64,000 bases of DNA from Octopus sinensis (GCF_006345805.1 NC_043007.1:64294001-64358000); one strand, 5' to 3'. Shown: positions 1 through 13,667, counted from the first letter of the stretch. The notes: generated by a model not told the origin, from the sequence alone. Translations and numbers: made by a program.

Positions 1-2049
1 AAATCACTCCAAATTTTTTTGTTATGAAAGATATGTTGGTAATGAGTTTGTGCATGTGTACTAAGGAACCATGTTGTACATGTCTTTGTTGTTAATCATC
101 TGAGGGTTGCTGTTTATTTGCTTATGTATTTCTGAATACCCACTTTTATTTCAGCTACTGCAATTTGTTTCATGTTTTCTGTGTTTTTGTTTTTAATACA
201 TTGGTTAAAGTTTCTATGTGACTCAGATTATTTCTTATATTCTTAGCTAATGTTTTAGCTTTGAACTATCAAAATAATTTTATATAATTATTTTACTTGC
301 AAAAGCTTTATTATTTAAATGCATTCTTCATATCTTTTAGTTGTCAGTTAGCTACAAAACAATTGTTTACCATTCATACAAATAGGAAATTATTTGAAAG
401 AAATATGTAGAAGATTCAATTTGCGCTTTAACATTTGTTTTTTTAGACTTTTTTATAATACATCTTCCTGATTGTATTTGACCCTAATTTCAATAATTTC
501 AATTTGCTGATTTATTGGATTCTATTTCAATTTATTCCTCATATTTAAAAAATTTTTTTCAGTGTGTCTGTTGATTTTGTTTCATTGGGGCTAGGGTGTC
601 AAAATAGATGCACCACTTTAATATTACCTTATTCTTCACTCCTTACAAAGTCTGTTTAGCATTCCATTGAAATTATCTTAGATGTTAGTGACAAAACCCT
701 TTCTTTTTATATCAAGTTTTAAAATCAACATTAGCTGATTTGTTTAAAGATTAATGTAGTATAAAATGTGAGCTATTTATGGAATGGTCTTGTTAGAATT
801 TTAGACCTCTTCAATGAAAAAAGGGGAAAAAATTAAAAACACTATTCTTTCATGTCAACATAAGTCTTATTTTAACAGTGTAAATGTTATAAACTCTATA
901 ATTGTAAAACATTAAATAAATTTCTAACATTTTTTTATATTACAAATATTTTTCCTAAGAACAAAATTCTTTTCTGTTAGTTTGCTAAATCACCTAAGAT
1001 TATTTTAATAATTAAAGCATGGCATCTTTCTGTCTTAACACCAATGTCTTAAGCTTACCTGTTGTTTATCAGTTATAAGGCTTTAAGTAATTTTACTTGC
1101 AGCTATTTGATTTCAGGTTTCTTTAAATTGGTAACTTTGGGGTAAGTTACCAAATTGAGAAAGCCATTGATAGCAATTAATCACATGTGAATATTGAATC
1201 ACAGTGATTTTTTTTTTCAATTCTACACATTTATCCCCTTAAATTATTAGAATTGCAGTTTTATTGTGGTTCTTCCCTCCTTATACATCTTTTTAAATAG
1301 TAATAATCAATTGATTTCATGTATTAAAAAAAAAAGGAAAATTGAAACATTTTTAAAACTATAGATTTGTCTATTCTAACAAATTTAATGTTTTTAGAAT
1401 GTAATATGTAAAGCATTTGAGAAGTAAATAAACTGCTGCTTTAAATTTCTTCATATTCTGGATTCTAGAGGTAGTCCAAACCAATACTTGTAAAAATGTT
1501 TCTATTTTGGGAACTTTCATCTAACTATATTTAATGTATAACAGTTTAGTTAATGTTCAATATGCTAATTATGCAATCTTGCTTTATGATAACCTTTAGA
1601 GATTGGTTTTTGAAATTTATTGGAATTTTTCTTCAAATCTGTAGAAAGAAGTAATTCTTGTATTGTAGCTTCTTACATAGATTTTTGGTTGTTTAGTTGA
1701 ATCCTAGTGTTGACCTTAAAGAGTTTCACAGGCAGATTTTAGTTCTCTCTATCTCTACTTCTGTTCACCTCCACCATATATATATGTATATATATCTCAT
1801 TTGTGTGTGTATTTTTGTGTGAAAAAAAAGACCCAAAGTGGGAGCAAAGAAAATTTCTTTGAAGTAAAACAAAACAATCACTGCATAGTTGGAGTGATTA
1901 TACCTGCACTAAGTTTGTGATGGCTGCATAGATGGTGAAGGAAATGTATGCAACCTGAACATTTCCTTATAGTATTAATCTTGCTTTACTTGGTGAAAGG
2001 AACAGTGCTGTCAGAAAGTGCTGAACTCGCTGCAGTCTCCAGTCCACAG

Positions 2050-2840
2050 ATGATGAAGACTGCATATTAAGTGTTTATGTGTTACTTACTGGGTATAGAG
2101 GAAGGAACAATGCCTATACCCTCACAGGCCCCTCTGTGCAAACTCAGGTTAATTCCATTAATGTTCTGCTTAAATTGTTGGAAATCAACACCTGCACATG
2201 ATCAAGGAAATTTGGCTGACTTGAAGTATGGTAATCTCAGGACACAGGTTTAAAATGTGGCTCTATGTGCAATCATTGTAATGAAGCCAGTGGTTTTTGC
2301 ACCTGATAGGTGTAGACAGTTATGATTTAGCAAGAGTCTAGGTTTTCAAGTGAGAAAGCAATCAGGTGTGTGGAATGTTTGCATGTCAGTCTGAAATGCA
2401 ATTACACAATAAAACAAATTGATATGGAGAATTGTAAAAACTTCAATTTCTGCACTAACATCACCGGTATCGGATGACTTGCTAGAGTTACAAGGAGTTT
2501 TGAACAGTGAAGCCATCAAGAACAATGACTTAGTGAACTGTATGTTCTTAATATAGGAGGAAATGTAGTCAAAGGGTTCTGACAGCGGAAGAGGAAGCAG
2601 ATGTATCTGGTAGAATGAGGGGAAGAAACTTTGAGCAAGATAGAAGTTGCCATTGCTGAAATTCAAGTGAGAAACAGATGAGTGACCTAGTGAATGGAGT
2701 CTATATATGCATAGATAGTGTAGCGTGGACTGCAGAGATGGATTGTAGAGGAGGGTTAAGAAATTTTTGTCTAAAAGAGAAATAGGGTTTCTAAACCCTA
2801 TTTGTCTAAAAGAGAAATTTGCATGCAAGAGTGATGTATG
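2050..2840 (-). mobile_element. Decayed LINE remnant (APE endonuclease region)
   Basis: The minus strand shows LCIYR and VIVLDGFTVQN, resembling APE IYR and IVLGDFNxH motifs. It explains ORF 2346..2828. Confidence 0.45.
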
Positions 2841-3606
2841 AAATCTCTATTGGAGCAAAGTCCAATGATAGATGTGGAAGGAAAAATGAACTGAGGGTTA
2901 GAGTTTAATACATATTCTTGACATCATAGGGAAGTGCAAAGGATGATGATAGATGAATATTTTTACATGTATATGTATTTGCACATCTGTACAGACCAGA
3001 GCATGATATTTTTGAGGAAGTCTTTCTAGCAGATACTCATGAATGCAAGTTTGCCCTCTCCATACCACCAATGTTTATTCAAGGGAAAGGTCAAAGACTA
3101 TTGGCAACACAGATTGGTTTCAGTGTCATTGTAGGCAGTGCTATCAAGAACACAATGAGCCAGAATGTCACAAGCCTGTCTATCCAGTATGTGTTTATAA
3201 ATATAAAAGTGCAACATGACCAAAAGGTTGATTTTGCTTGGCAATCACGAGGTCCTAGTTTCAATTCTTTTGCATGGCATCTTGAGCAAGTGCCATTTTC
3301 TATAACCACAGGCTGACCCATATCCGGTGAAATTGAGTAGATGTCAACTGTGTAAAAACCTATTGAATGGATTGTACCTATAATTCAAAGTCCTAGCCTT
3401 ATCACTTTGTCATGCTTGTTTCACCTGAGAATTACACTAAAAGTACGTCTGTGAATAACTTAGCCACTCACACATGAATTTGGTAATTCTAGTAAAATGA
3501 CTTCTCATGATCTGAAATTCTGCAAGCCATATATGTTTGTACATTATCCTATCGATATATGCATTGATATTTGGTGTATGTGTGCATGTGCACATGCGTG
3601 CACATA

Positions 3607-4600
3607 CAGTGGCCTACAATAACTATATAATGAATATAATAAAATGCAGTATTTAATAATGTATTGAATAATTGTTCGAAATAAATGAAAATTTATCTTG
3701 ATATTTTTGTAGACTCTTCTTTAGCTAATATGACTAGTTTCACAAAATTAGACATGGATTTGATTAATTCATGTTTATTCGCTCTTTCGTCTGCTCACAA
3801 CCTTCTGACAAAATGTGTTCTGTTGATGAAGATCAAAGCTTTGAGCTGCCATTTAAAAGATTTGATCATGCCAAGTTCCTGTCCAAGCTTGTGATGATTT
3901 GTTTCTATAGCATGAAACATCATCATCTTGAAAAAGATTTTTGTTTTGTTTATCAATTTCAACATTAGAAGAGATGGATAGTAGATTCTTTTCAAGTATC
4001 TGACAATGTATTTGGTCTTTCAAATGATTTCCAACAAAAATGAGATATAATCTACATATCATGCAAACACCCCGCCCCCAATTACTTGCACATTTTTGTG
4101 TTTGGTGGTCCTTGCAAACAATCTAGCTTCCATACCTCAGTTTTGTTATGCCACACATTACCTGCTTTGAATTGGAAAATTGGAATTTGCTCTTGTCAGA
4201 AGATCCTGTTGATGTCCAAATCTTCTCATCTTTGTTGCAAAGCTTTTCAGCCTAGTTGAACCTTTTTGTCATATTAGCTCTTCAGTGCTGTTCTTACACC
4301 ATATGGAGACATGTCTGTATAGTCTGCGATACTTATAGAAAATTGCCAGTCAGTATTTATTAATTTCCTCCTTTTCTTCTTAGAAAGTTTCTGTGATGTC
4401 CCAGATCTCTTCACTTGGCAATGCCATTTTTTAGTCCCCCTCTTGACTGTGCTATTAAAAGTTTGAGGATTGATACAAAGGCTATTTCTCAAATTGGCTG
4501 TTGTGCACATCAATACCAGCTAGTGATTTGCCCACATGTGCATACATGAATATCTTTTTTCATTATGGTTTCATTGTTGGATTTTATCAAATTAAAGTTA
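3607..4600 (-). mobile_element. Degenerate Tc1-family transposon remnant
   Basis: TA|cagtggcctacaa TIR-like end at 3607. Minus-strand fragments show LFQDDDVSCYR (FQDDNAxCH), a degenerate WPxQSPDL region and the N-terminal RSGTSQKLSKKKRRKLI. The second TIR was not found. Confidence 0.7.
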
Positions 4601-6397
4601 CAGTTCATCAAAAAATACTAATGCATTTTTTATCTTCTAAGAAGAGAGAGAGCATCTAATTAGGAAAAATGAAAAATCAGCTTGTGGATAAAAGCTTTTT
4701 CAGACAAACATGGGTCAAGAGGTGAAAGGAGTATTGATGTGTGTTTACAAATCACTTAGTTTGTGACCAGTAACAGGCTATAAGACGGGAGTCAAACATA
4801 AAGATTAATTTATGATATACATAAAATAATCCCATCATCAATATAATGCATAAAATATACATAAAATAATCCCACCATCATCAATATAATGCTATTTTCC
4901 ATGCAAGCATTGGTCAGGGGAAATTAATGTAAATTTTCTACAGCCATATGCCCTTCCAGTGGCATGTTACTCAAGAAACTGGGCTAAGAAGCACACTGCA
5001 TTTACTCATAAGACAGCACATGTGAACTGTTGAACAAAAGTACATATGGCATTAGTTTGGTTTACAATACTCTAATTTGGGTCAGTAAAGGAGAAAGGAT
5101 GAGAGGGAAATGAAAATGAGAAGTGAGGAAAAAGTAGAAAAGAGAGAATAAAAGATAAAAGAAAAGAAGATAAGCAAAAAGGGAAGGAGAAAGAGGAAAA
5201 ATGATGGGTATGTGCATGGACATGTTCAAACACACATACACACACGTGTATACAGAGATACATATTCACATACAAAGGATGGCAGAGATAAGCACACAAA
5301 CGCATGCACGCGTTCGCATCCTTATTATATTCAGCCACCCTAGCACACCAACCTTATATTGCCTGTTCAGAGGACATTGTAGATGACAAGATAGATATTG
5401 TACAAGTGTTTATTCCTGTTTATTATAAGTTAAAATCCTGTTTTGTCTTTTTTACAAGTGGATTTTCAAAATCCTTCTTTCGGAAGAATTCTCATAATCA
5501 AAGTTTTCTGCAAGATTCTTCAGTATCTTTTTATAAAATCTGTTGTAAGGTGTGGTGTGAATTTAAGTCCCTATTCCAAAAGTTTTATTTAATGCTTTAT
5601 GCAATTTCTTTGTGATAAATTTATTACTTTTGGATCAGTCAGTTTAGTATTTCCTTGAATTTTTATATCATTTGTATTTTCTTTCAATTTTGTTTAGAAC
5701 TCTTACTCTTGGAAAAGGTTTATTTTGTTCTTTGAGTTATTTGTATTGTATCTTTTTATTTTTTCTTTGGAAGGTGGATTTCCAGTTGTTGATATGTCTA
5801 GTATTATTCTTATACCATCTTCCTTATGTTGACTTGTTTTTAATAGATTTATGTTTTGTGTTTTATGGTAGTTGGATTTCTTTTGGTTTGAATTATTGAA
5901 TTTCTGTCCATTTTTCATCTTTTTATTATTTTTGCATATAAGGATTTATGAGTTGTCACTCTATTTCTTGAACTAACTTGTAAATTATTATGGAGGAAGT
6001 TATGGTTTCTTCTATTCTTGATAAGTTCTGTATTCTTCAGATTTTTGATTTCTAGTATTTTATTTGATTTTGTTCCTTATCTCTCTCTCTCTCTTTTTTT
6101 TTTTTCAGAGTTCTAAGAACTTTTCACTTGTTTTTTTTTCATTCATTCAGTGATTTCTTTCTGCATTATGGCATTATATTTTGTAAATTTTGTATCTTTG
6201 ATTTTAAGTACTTTAGTCACAGGAGAGTGATTTCTGCTTTGAATTTTTGAAGTGTGAGGTTTATTCTAATTTATTTTCCTCATTTAGTTCTGATTGTATA
6301 TCTGTGACATAGAATTGACATGAAAAAATGACTTGTTCTCAGTTTTCCCATTTTATGCATGTATCTGTTAAATTTTCATTTGTTTCAGTAATTAGAT

Positions 6398-6690
6398 TGT
6401 AGCCATGCTGGAGTATTGCCTTGAAGAACTTTTAGTCAAATGGATTGACTCCAGTACTTATTTATTTTTAAGCCTGGTACTTATTCTACAGTCTTTTTTT
6501 GTCAAACCACTGTGTTAAGGGGATGTAGACACACCAACACTTATTAACAAACGATGACGGGGGACAAATTCTCTCTCCCTCTGTCCCTCTCTCACGTACA
6601 CACAACAGGCTTGTTTTAGTTCACTCAAGGTTTTAGTGAGACTGAAACCAGAACCATGTTATTGAGAAATAAGTTTCTTACCACACACCC
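6398..6690. mobile_element. SINE-like interspersed repeat
   Basis: gccatgctggag..ccagtacttat..aagcctggtacttattcta..cacaccaacac; the reverse-complement copy is at about 10740-11025. Confidence 0.7.
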
Positions 6691-6803
6691 ATGTCTATAT
6701 GTGTGTGTATATATATGTGTATATACACATATATATATATACACACACATATAGACATGGGTGTGTGGTAAGAAACTTATTTCTCAATAACATGGTTCTG
6801 GTT
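6646..6803. repeat. Near-perfect fold-back inverted duplication
   Basis: aaccagaaccatgttattgagaaataagtttcttaccacacacccatgtctatatgtgtgtg and its exact reverse complement flank a TA/TG centre. Confidence 0.93.
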
Positions 6804-6832
6804 ATATATATATACACACACGCACACACATA

Positions 6833-7055
6833 CTGGGTTGGCCAAAAGTCACCCGACAGTAAGTCAAAATTCCATAAATACTGTCTGTAATTTGGTATTG
6901 ACTTGAATGTAAAAATGTGTCGCTCAACAAGGACTTCAGTTTGAACTGTCTTCATGATGTTTTGTATTTAGATGCTTTTATTAAATCCATTCAGTTGTTA
7001 GGCATAAATAAATCTTGGAAATAAATGGTTTTGATTTACTGTCAGGTGACTTTTG
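6833..7055. mobile_element. Tc1/mariner-type MITE
   Basis: TA|ctgggttggccaaaagtcacccgacagtaa at the left and ttactgtcaggtgacttttg at the right, where the TIR is truncated by a (TG)n tract. Confidence 0.6.
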
Positions 7056-7879
7056 TGTGTGTGTGTATATATATATAATTAATCGGTGAAGCTAACTTCT
7101 ACTGATGAATAATAGTTAAAAAAATACACTCATGTTTTGAGTTTTGATTTTCTGTTTGTGTGTATACATACATACATAGTATTAATAAAATACAGAAAAT
7201 ATATATGGTATCTTATTTCTTTATAAAACATATATGTCAAGATTACATAATTTCTTGTTAAAACATAATATAATCTCTTCAAGTTACTTCTTCAGTATTA
7301 AGCAAAGAATATAAAGAATGGTGTTAAAAGTTCAATATATATTACTGTTATATAAATTATCAAGAACATCAGTGGCACCATATAGTAGGAGATAGACAAA
7401 CAAATCACAGAAGTTCAAAGTCATGCCTTTTCATTTTTAAGAAGGTAAACATGCACATTCTTACACACATGCACCATTCCCAAAGTATACAATGGAAAGC
7501 AGAGAAAGAGAAAGGGGACAACCACAGAATCTTGTAAGGCAAACCAGCTCAATCATCAAATACTCTAACAACAACATCCCAAGATGCCAGTCTAGTGACC
7601 ATGACAGTGACCTTGTTAACAATAATAATAATAATGATAATGCTATTAGAAGGAATGGCAACTATATTTGCAACCTTCTTGTCATACATAAGTCAGGATC
7701 TGAGAAGCTTGTAGTCAGCTAGTTGTCATGTTTATGGTTTCTGCTTCAAGGAATCTGCTTTTTGACAGACAGAGAACATTGATACAAATTTCTATAGAAT
7801 ATCCTCCTCCCTACCACTCAAACAGTAACGTCCTGTATGCTGTTCCTCATACACTCATCTACACACACACACACACATG

Positions 7880-8900
7880 TGCACACGTTAGTTTAGGTTT
7901 CTGTGCTTGCTTTCCTGTAGTATGTAAGTTTGTAGATATTCACAAAATAGTAGTGTATTATGCAAATATATTATATAGGTCCATTCAGTCTTGTACATCC
8001 ATAGGCCTGTGCAGTTGGCAGTTGTGTGGGATGGAAAGTTCATTCTGCAGAAAATTTCATGCAATATGGTAAAGTGTTTCAGGCATTGTGCATACTTGAT
8101 TGGAAAGTGTTCAGGCCAGTGGCTGCAACTTGTATCCAATATCACGTGCTTCATTCTTCATACTACAAAAAATTTATTACTCTATGATGTTGCTAATCTC
8201 ATACTGCTATAATCTGGTACTCCATGAAAATGTCAAACCAATCACATTCAGGGTGTATATACATGCCAACACTTAAAGTTCTTTGGTGAATAGCCTTCAA
8301 TGATTTTTCCAGATAATGTTTTGAACCCATTGGATGAAATGAAGTGTCTTTACAGTATATGAATTTATAGAATTATTTTTTACTCTTTGATACAGTTGAA
8401 ACATTCATGCTAGAAGCTTCAAGTTTCATCTAAACTTTCTGCAACATTTAATTGGTTTGAAGAGAAAAATATACAGATAACGGTCTTCAAATAGCCCTCA
8501 TGCCCTTCATATGTGTATGTTCGCATATATACATTACATGTAATAGAAGCAATATTAAATTAAAATAGCCATCTATGTATCTTAATGTAAATACATTGTT
8601 GAAAGGCAATGCACTGCAGCAATAATCCAGATATAACACCTCTTATGGACATTAAAAGCATAATATATCTAAAGTAGATGAATATTATACCAGCAGTGGC
8701 TAGCAAGAAAACTGGATGCATTTCAGTGTTGTTGGGCCTTTTCAATGGTGTCCATTCACAGCTAACCATGTGTTTAATCAAGATCAGTTGCCTCTGATGT
8801 ATAAGAAAATGGTGAAAAGTACTCACTGGTATTGCAAATGATCACCCAGCTGAATATAAATTCACTATATGCAATATAAGCAGTGTCTCTGGACGAATAC
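7880..8900 (-). mobile_element. Highly decayed Gypsy-like LTR retrotransposon pol remnant (RNase H/integrase)
   Basis: Minus-strand peptides VILDTSCSHWPE (integrase-like VDxxSxWPE) and DAS..LATAGII (RNase H TDAS region), heavily frameshifted. Confidence 0.5.
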
Positions 8901-9250
8901 CACACTGTTTAAATTATGATACATAAATAGGTATTTAATACTACTTCTATTGCATGTAACAGATTTTTTTTATTCATCTAGGCAGGTATTCACAATACTA
9001 GTGACTGTTTTTCTACATATTGGAGGTTGGCAATTCTTGTCTAAGTATATGGCTGGTGTTATCACTGGCAGCTGTTGGAAACATTTTCATTTCCTTCTGA
9101 TATATACTGTTTTTAAATGTAGCACATCCATTAAAGATGCTATCTCTGAGTGAATACCATAGTTTATTGCCTTTCAGCTAAGTGTTTGCATTATGTATGA
9201 TATATAGATGGCAGTGTGTGTGTGTGTGTGCATCTCTCTCTCTCTTTCTC

Positions 9251-9282
<32 letters not shown>

Positions 9283-9479
9283 TTTGAGTAGAATGATGCA
9301 TACAGTGAAAGAAAAGTAGGTACATACACACATTGTTAAATTAAAAGCAAGAGAAAAGAGGGACACAGAGGAAGTGGTATAGACAGTAGATACATAGATT
9401 GAAAGAAAAGTTGATATATAGATATATAGACACATTTTTAAATCAAAGACAAATAACTACAGCAAATATTGGATGTCCC

Positions 9480-10225
9480 TTTCACTTTTCATTACCATAT
9501 GAGGATAAAATTAACTTGCAAGTGGCTGAGTACTCCACAGACATGCATACCATTAATGTAGTTCTCAGGGAGATTCAACCTCACACAGAATATGACACGG
9601 CTGACCCCTTTTGATTACAGCTACAACTAATTTTGGCCAGCTGAGTGGACTGGAGCAAGATAAACCTTCAAGTGGTTGGAAGAAAATGAAAAATGTTCCT
9701 ATATAGGAGCAGGGTCACTATGGGTGTTAATCTGGTCCTAACAGTGGCGTTTATGGGTCTCACAGATCTGGTGGCCAAGCCCCCAGATAAACACTGGTGT
9801 GCAGGCTATTATCAAATTGAGTGCGAGTTGAAGGCAAAGTCACTACACAATGGAATACCAATTATTTCATCTTAGCTTTCATCGCTTATACTAAACACTT
9901 GACATTTTTACCTTACGATATGGAACATTTCCTTTTCTTTCACTCTCTTTTAAAACCTGGCACTCCATCGCTTACGATGATGAAGTTCCTGTTTATCTGA
10001 TCAAAGGAACAGTCTGCATGTAAAATTAATGCGCAAGTGGTTGAGTACTCCACAGACATGCATACCATAAGGGAAATTCAGCCTCACACTGAAGGTGTCA
10101 TAGTTGGCCCCTTTGAATTACAGCTACAATTTTTGCTAACTGAGTGGACTATACCAATGTGAAGTAAAGTACCTTGCTCAAGAACACAGTGCACTGCCAA
10201 GAATCGTACTCGTGACTTCACCATC
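9480..10225. mobile_element. Two copies of a SINE/LINE-tail repeat family
   Basis: aattaa..gcaagtgg(c/t)tgagtactccacagacatgcatacca..ctgagtggact at about 9508-9660 and 10023-10220. A reverse copy lies at about 3220-3480 and another at about 41170-41310. Confidence 0.7.
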
Positions 10226-10739
10226 TTAAACTTAAAGAAAAGAAGTGAAGCAATAGAGACAGAGAAAAGAAAGCGTTAGTCATTTTAAATGACAATTAGA
10301 CTGAAATACGATTGATCTTTTCTAGCTTCTTTATTTTTAACAATGAAGGAGAGGGGAAGACATTTAGTAATGAATAGAGGGAAAGTCTTTCAGGTGTTTA
10401 TGTTTGCATTCCGAGAGTTCTAGAACAATTGTCTGTTAGTTCTCTCTTCTTCCCTCACCCCCCACCCCCGGTACTTGTTTGCCTTCTTTCATAGTTCTTC
10501 ATGTCTTTTAGTTGAGGGGAGAGACCATGTTTTTTCTTCTTTTTTTTTTTCCCAGGCACATTCAACGTTTTCTCTAACCCCCGCCTTACAAAAACTAATG
10601 CAAATTTTGAATGGAGTATTGCTGTGAAAAGAGCCCAGAAAAATTGGTAATACCCCCTACAAAATGGTTGGGGGAGAAAAGTTGCCAACAGGTGGCTACA
10701 CAAAATTTAACTCTATACTTTAAAGAGTCTTCTACTGTA

Positions 10740-11025
10740 GCCTCAGGCTAACCAAAGCCTCGTGAGTGGATTTCAATGATGGAAACTGAAAGAAGCCCAT
10801 CATTTATAATGTATATAAGGTTGTGTCTGTGTTTGTCCCCCCTCCCACCACCACCATTGCTTGACAACCAATGTTGGTGTGTTTACGTCCCTGTAACTTA
10901 GCTGTTCAGCAGAAAAGACTGATAGAATAAGCACCAGGCTTTCAGGGGATAATTCCAAGGGGCGATTTCTGCCACTAAAGGGTGATGCTCCAGCATGGCC
11001 AGTCAAATGACTGAAACAAGTAAAA
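10740..11025. mobile_element. SINE-like interspersed repeat, opposite orientation to 6398-6690
   Basis: gatagaataagcaccaggctt..gctccagcatggcc..aaatgactgaaacaagtaaaagaat. Confidence 0.7.
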
Positions 11026-11953
11026 GAATGAAACAATACCAGAAAAACATTCCATACCACTAAAGCAAGATGGTTCTTTGAATATGTATGATGTATTTTA
11101 AGGCTAAATAGTAATTCTGTTTAGGTTTGTTTAACTTGAGACATTTTGGTTGGATTATATAGTTAATTAGTTTTATACTTCTTTCTATATTCTGTAAGTG
11201 TCACAATATAGAAACCTTTCTCATGGCACCAGCACACAATTTACAGATGCTTACATTTTGTATGTTTTCTGTGAAGTTTTCACAGGTCATCTAGTTAATT
11301 ATAATTATAAAAGCAACAATAGTGAAAGTATTGACCATGATAAACTTCTGATCTGGGGCTGAATTTTATTACAGATATATTTCTTACTTGCTGATGTATC
11401 AACCTGTTATAGATATTTTGTTAGCATTTAAAAATTTTCTTCAATTTTCTGTTCTATATATTTCTTTTGATACTTACAACAATTTACTTAGATGCATTAT
11501 CATAACTGCTTTTGCTAGATGTTAAGATATACTGAGATTGTGGAAAGCAATTCTTAAAAAAAAAAAAAACCAAGTGTTTGTGTAGATATTTAATTAGTAA
11601 AACAAATTAAGCTAGCTTTATTTTTGAGTTAATATATAATGATGGTTACAAATTATTTTAAAATCTAGAATATTTATCTTTGCTACTGAATTACAATCTA
11701 AATTAGCAATGGAGCTGAGGTGAACCAGACATGGCTGGGGGTGCATGTTTAATAAAATTTGATGAACTTGTTAGATTTTTAAACATGTTCCATGTTTTTC
11801 TTTTCTTTTTTTTTTTTTTTTTCATTTTTCTTTTTAAACAATTAAAAGGTTTGTAATTGTGTATAGAATGTATCTAGTTCAACATAAAGGGAAATACTAA
11901 GAGTAGTTTCTGAAATACATAATGTTAAATTTATTTTCTACAATTATTTCTGA

Positions 11954-12000
<47 letters not shown>
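11954..12000. repeat. (TTA)n microsatellite
   Basis: Directly visible. Confidence 0.95.
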
Positions 12001-12004
<4 letters not shown>

Positions 12005-12170
12005 TTCTGTTCGAATAGGATCAATATGTATGTGTATAAATGCATATGGAATATGTATGTGTATGTATGTATTTAGACACATGCACTTTTATATACATAA
12101 GCACAATATATTTTTATATACATTGTTCTATCATTAACGTAATGTTATTTTCTCTTTTTTTCCCCTCTAG

Positions 12171-12191
12171 CTAAATCTTTAAGGAATGAGG
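12171..12191 (+). CDS. Candidate 21-nt microexon of MARK/PAR-1
   Basis: Branch-like cattaac, very strong tract ttttctctttttttcccctctag| and a weak donor GG|gtatta. Open in phase 1-1: (A)KSLRNE. Confidence 0.35.
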
Positions 12192-13616
12192 GTATTATTA
12201 CAATTCTTTATTGTTCCTTTCAATTGAAGGCACGGACTTGATGCATGAAGCTATTAGATGTACTGAAGTAAAGTCAGAGGTTCTTTACATCAATTAGAAC
12301 CATTCCTTTTGTGCACCAAATAATAAATAAAAAAAAAGTTCTAACACATTGAGTAACTCAAAGGTCCATAAATTCACTGAAATAATGTACGTTTTGATGT
12401 AATGGAACAGGAAAGATATTAGTGAATTAGATAATAAGTTGAAATATAAATTATTGTATAATGGAAATCATTTTTACATAATTATTAAATACTAATTGGG
12501 AAATTAACATTTTTTGGTCCTCACTTTTCCTCTAGTTTTATATATAACGACAGCTATTCAAAACATTCATAACTAGAACATTCACCCAATCTGAATTCAC
12601 AAAATTTCTGTTTTGTTAATAGGTGGTTTATTCTTTTTCTTGGTGTGAGAACTCTTGGGTATCAAGATATAGATTGGTATAGAGCCCTATAAATAGCCAG
12701 GTTAAAGTGAGTGTGAGGAAATTATTGTTGCTGTGTGTATATTGAAAATCGTATATATAAACTTACTGGATATTATAAAGTGTTTGAGATTAGTAGTTGA
12801 TATGAAGCCTTTCATAATTATTACATTAAAATTACTCCATAAAGAAGTTAATATGTATGGAGATATCTTAACCAATGGCTCTGATCCTCTCTTTTTCTTT
12901 CTCTCTCAAATGCAGAATCCTTCAACTTAACTGTATTTGCTTGTTTTGTTCTATGTTAGATTAGTTCTAAAGGTTATATTTTCAATTGTGTTGATTGGTG
13001 TATTTTGTCTTCTGGCCATAGATGCATTTGTAACTTTTTTTTTTTGAAAGATAATCTTATTATCATAAGCAATTTTTGTTCATTAACTGTTTGAAAATTT
13101 GTTGTCAGAATGCATGGTTGTCTTCTTATATTGTTTTTATTTGACAGTCTTGATTAGTTCCACAACAAATATTTTTAAATGGACAGATAATACTTTGTTT
13201 TTAAATCAAGGGAAAATAGTCTGGTTATTTAGCTCAAATGTGCAGTAGACCTATATTTTTGTTAATGTATTGCTATTTCTCTAGACACAAATAAATATCA
13301 AACATATGTATACTGCATCTCACTACGAATTTAAACGATTGGTCTAAGTGGAACAAATAATTAAGAGTGAATATACTTGATATATTTTTTCAAATCTGAT
13401 TCACACATACACTCATTTGTGTATCACATAGTTTCATAGGCAATGCTTTTTTTTTAATGGTAACCAATTTTCCTTTTGTTCCCAGTCCCTTCCCTGCCCT
13501 TCCTTCTCAGATCTAACAACTTATAAGGAGGGAACTTCCATGGATAAACTGCTAATGAATTAATTTATCTTTCAGATCAATAATTTTCTTTTGAAAACCT
13601 GTTTTTCTTTCTTTAG

Positions 13617-13667
13617 TGTCCTCAACAGAGACAGGTTCCAACATAAATGGCCTACATCGCTATCAAG
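13617..13667 (+). CDS. Candidate 51-nt cassette exon of MARK/PAR-1
   Basis: Strong pyrimidine tract gtttttctttctttag| and donor AAG|gtgaga. 51 nt, open in phase 1-1, the phase required by the UBA exon: (V)SSTETGSNINGLHRYQ plus a final G that completes GAT. Confidence 0.6.

Noticed and set aside
4814-4892. Short tandem duplication atacataaaataatccc..catcaatataatgc
   Set aside because: Ordinary slippage-type duplication with no functional signal.
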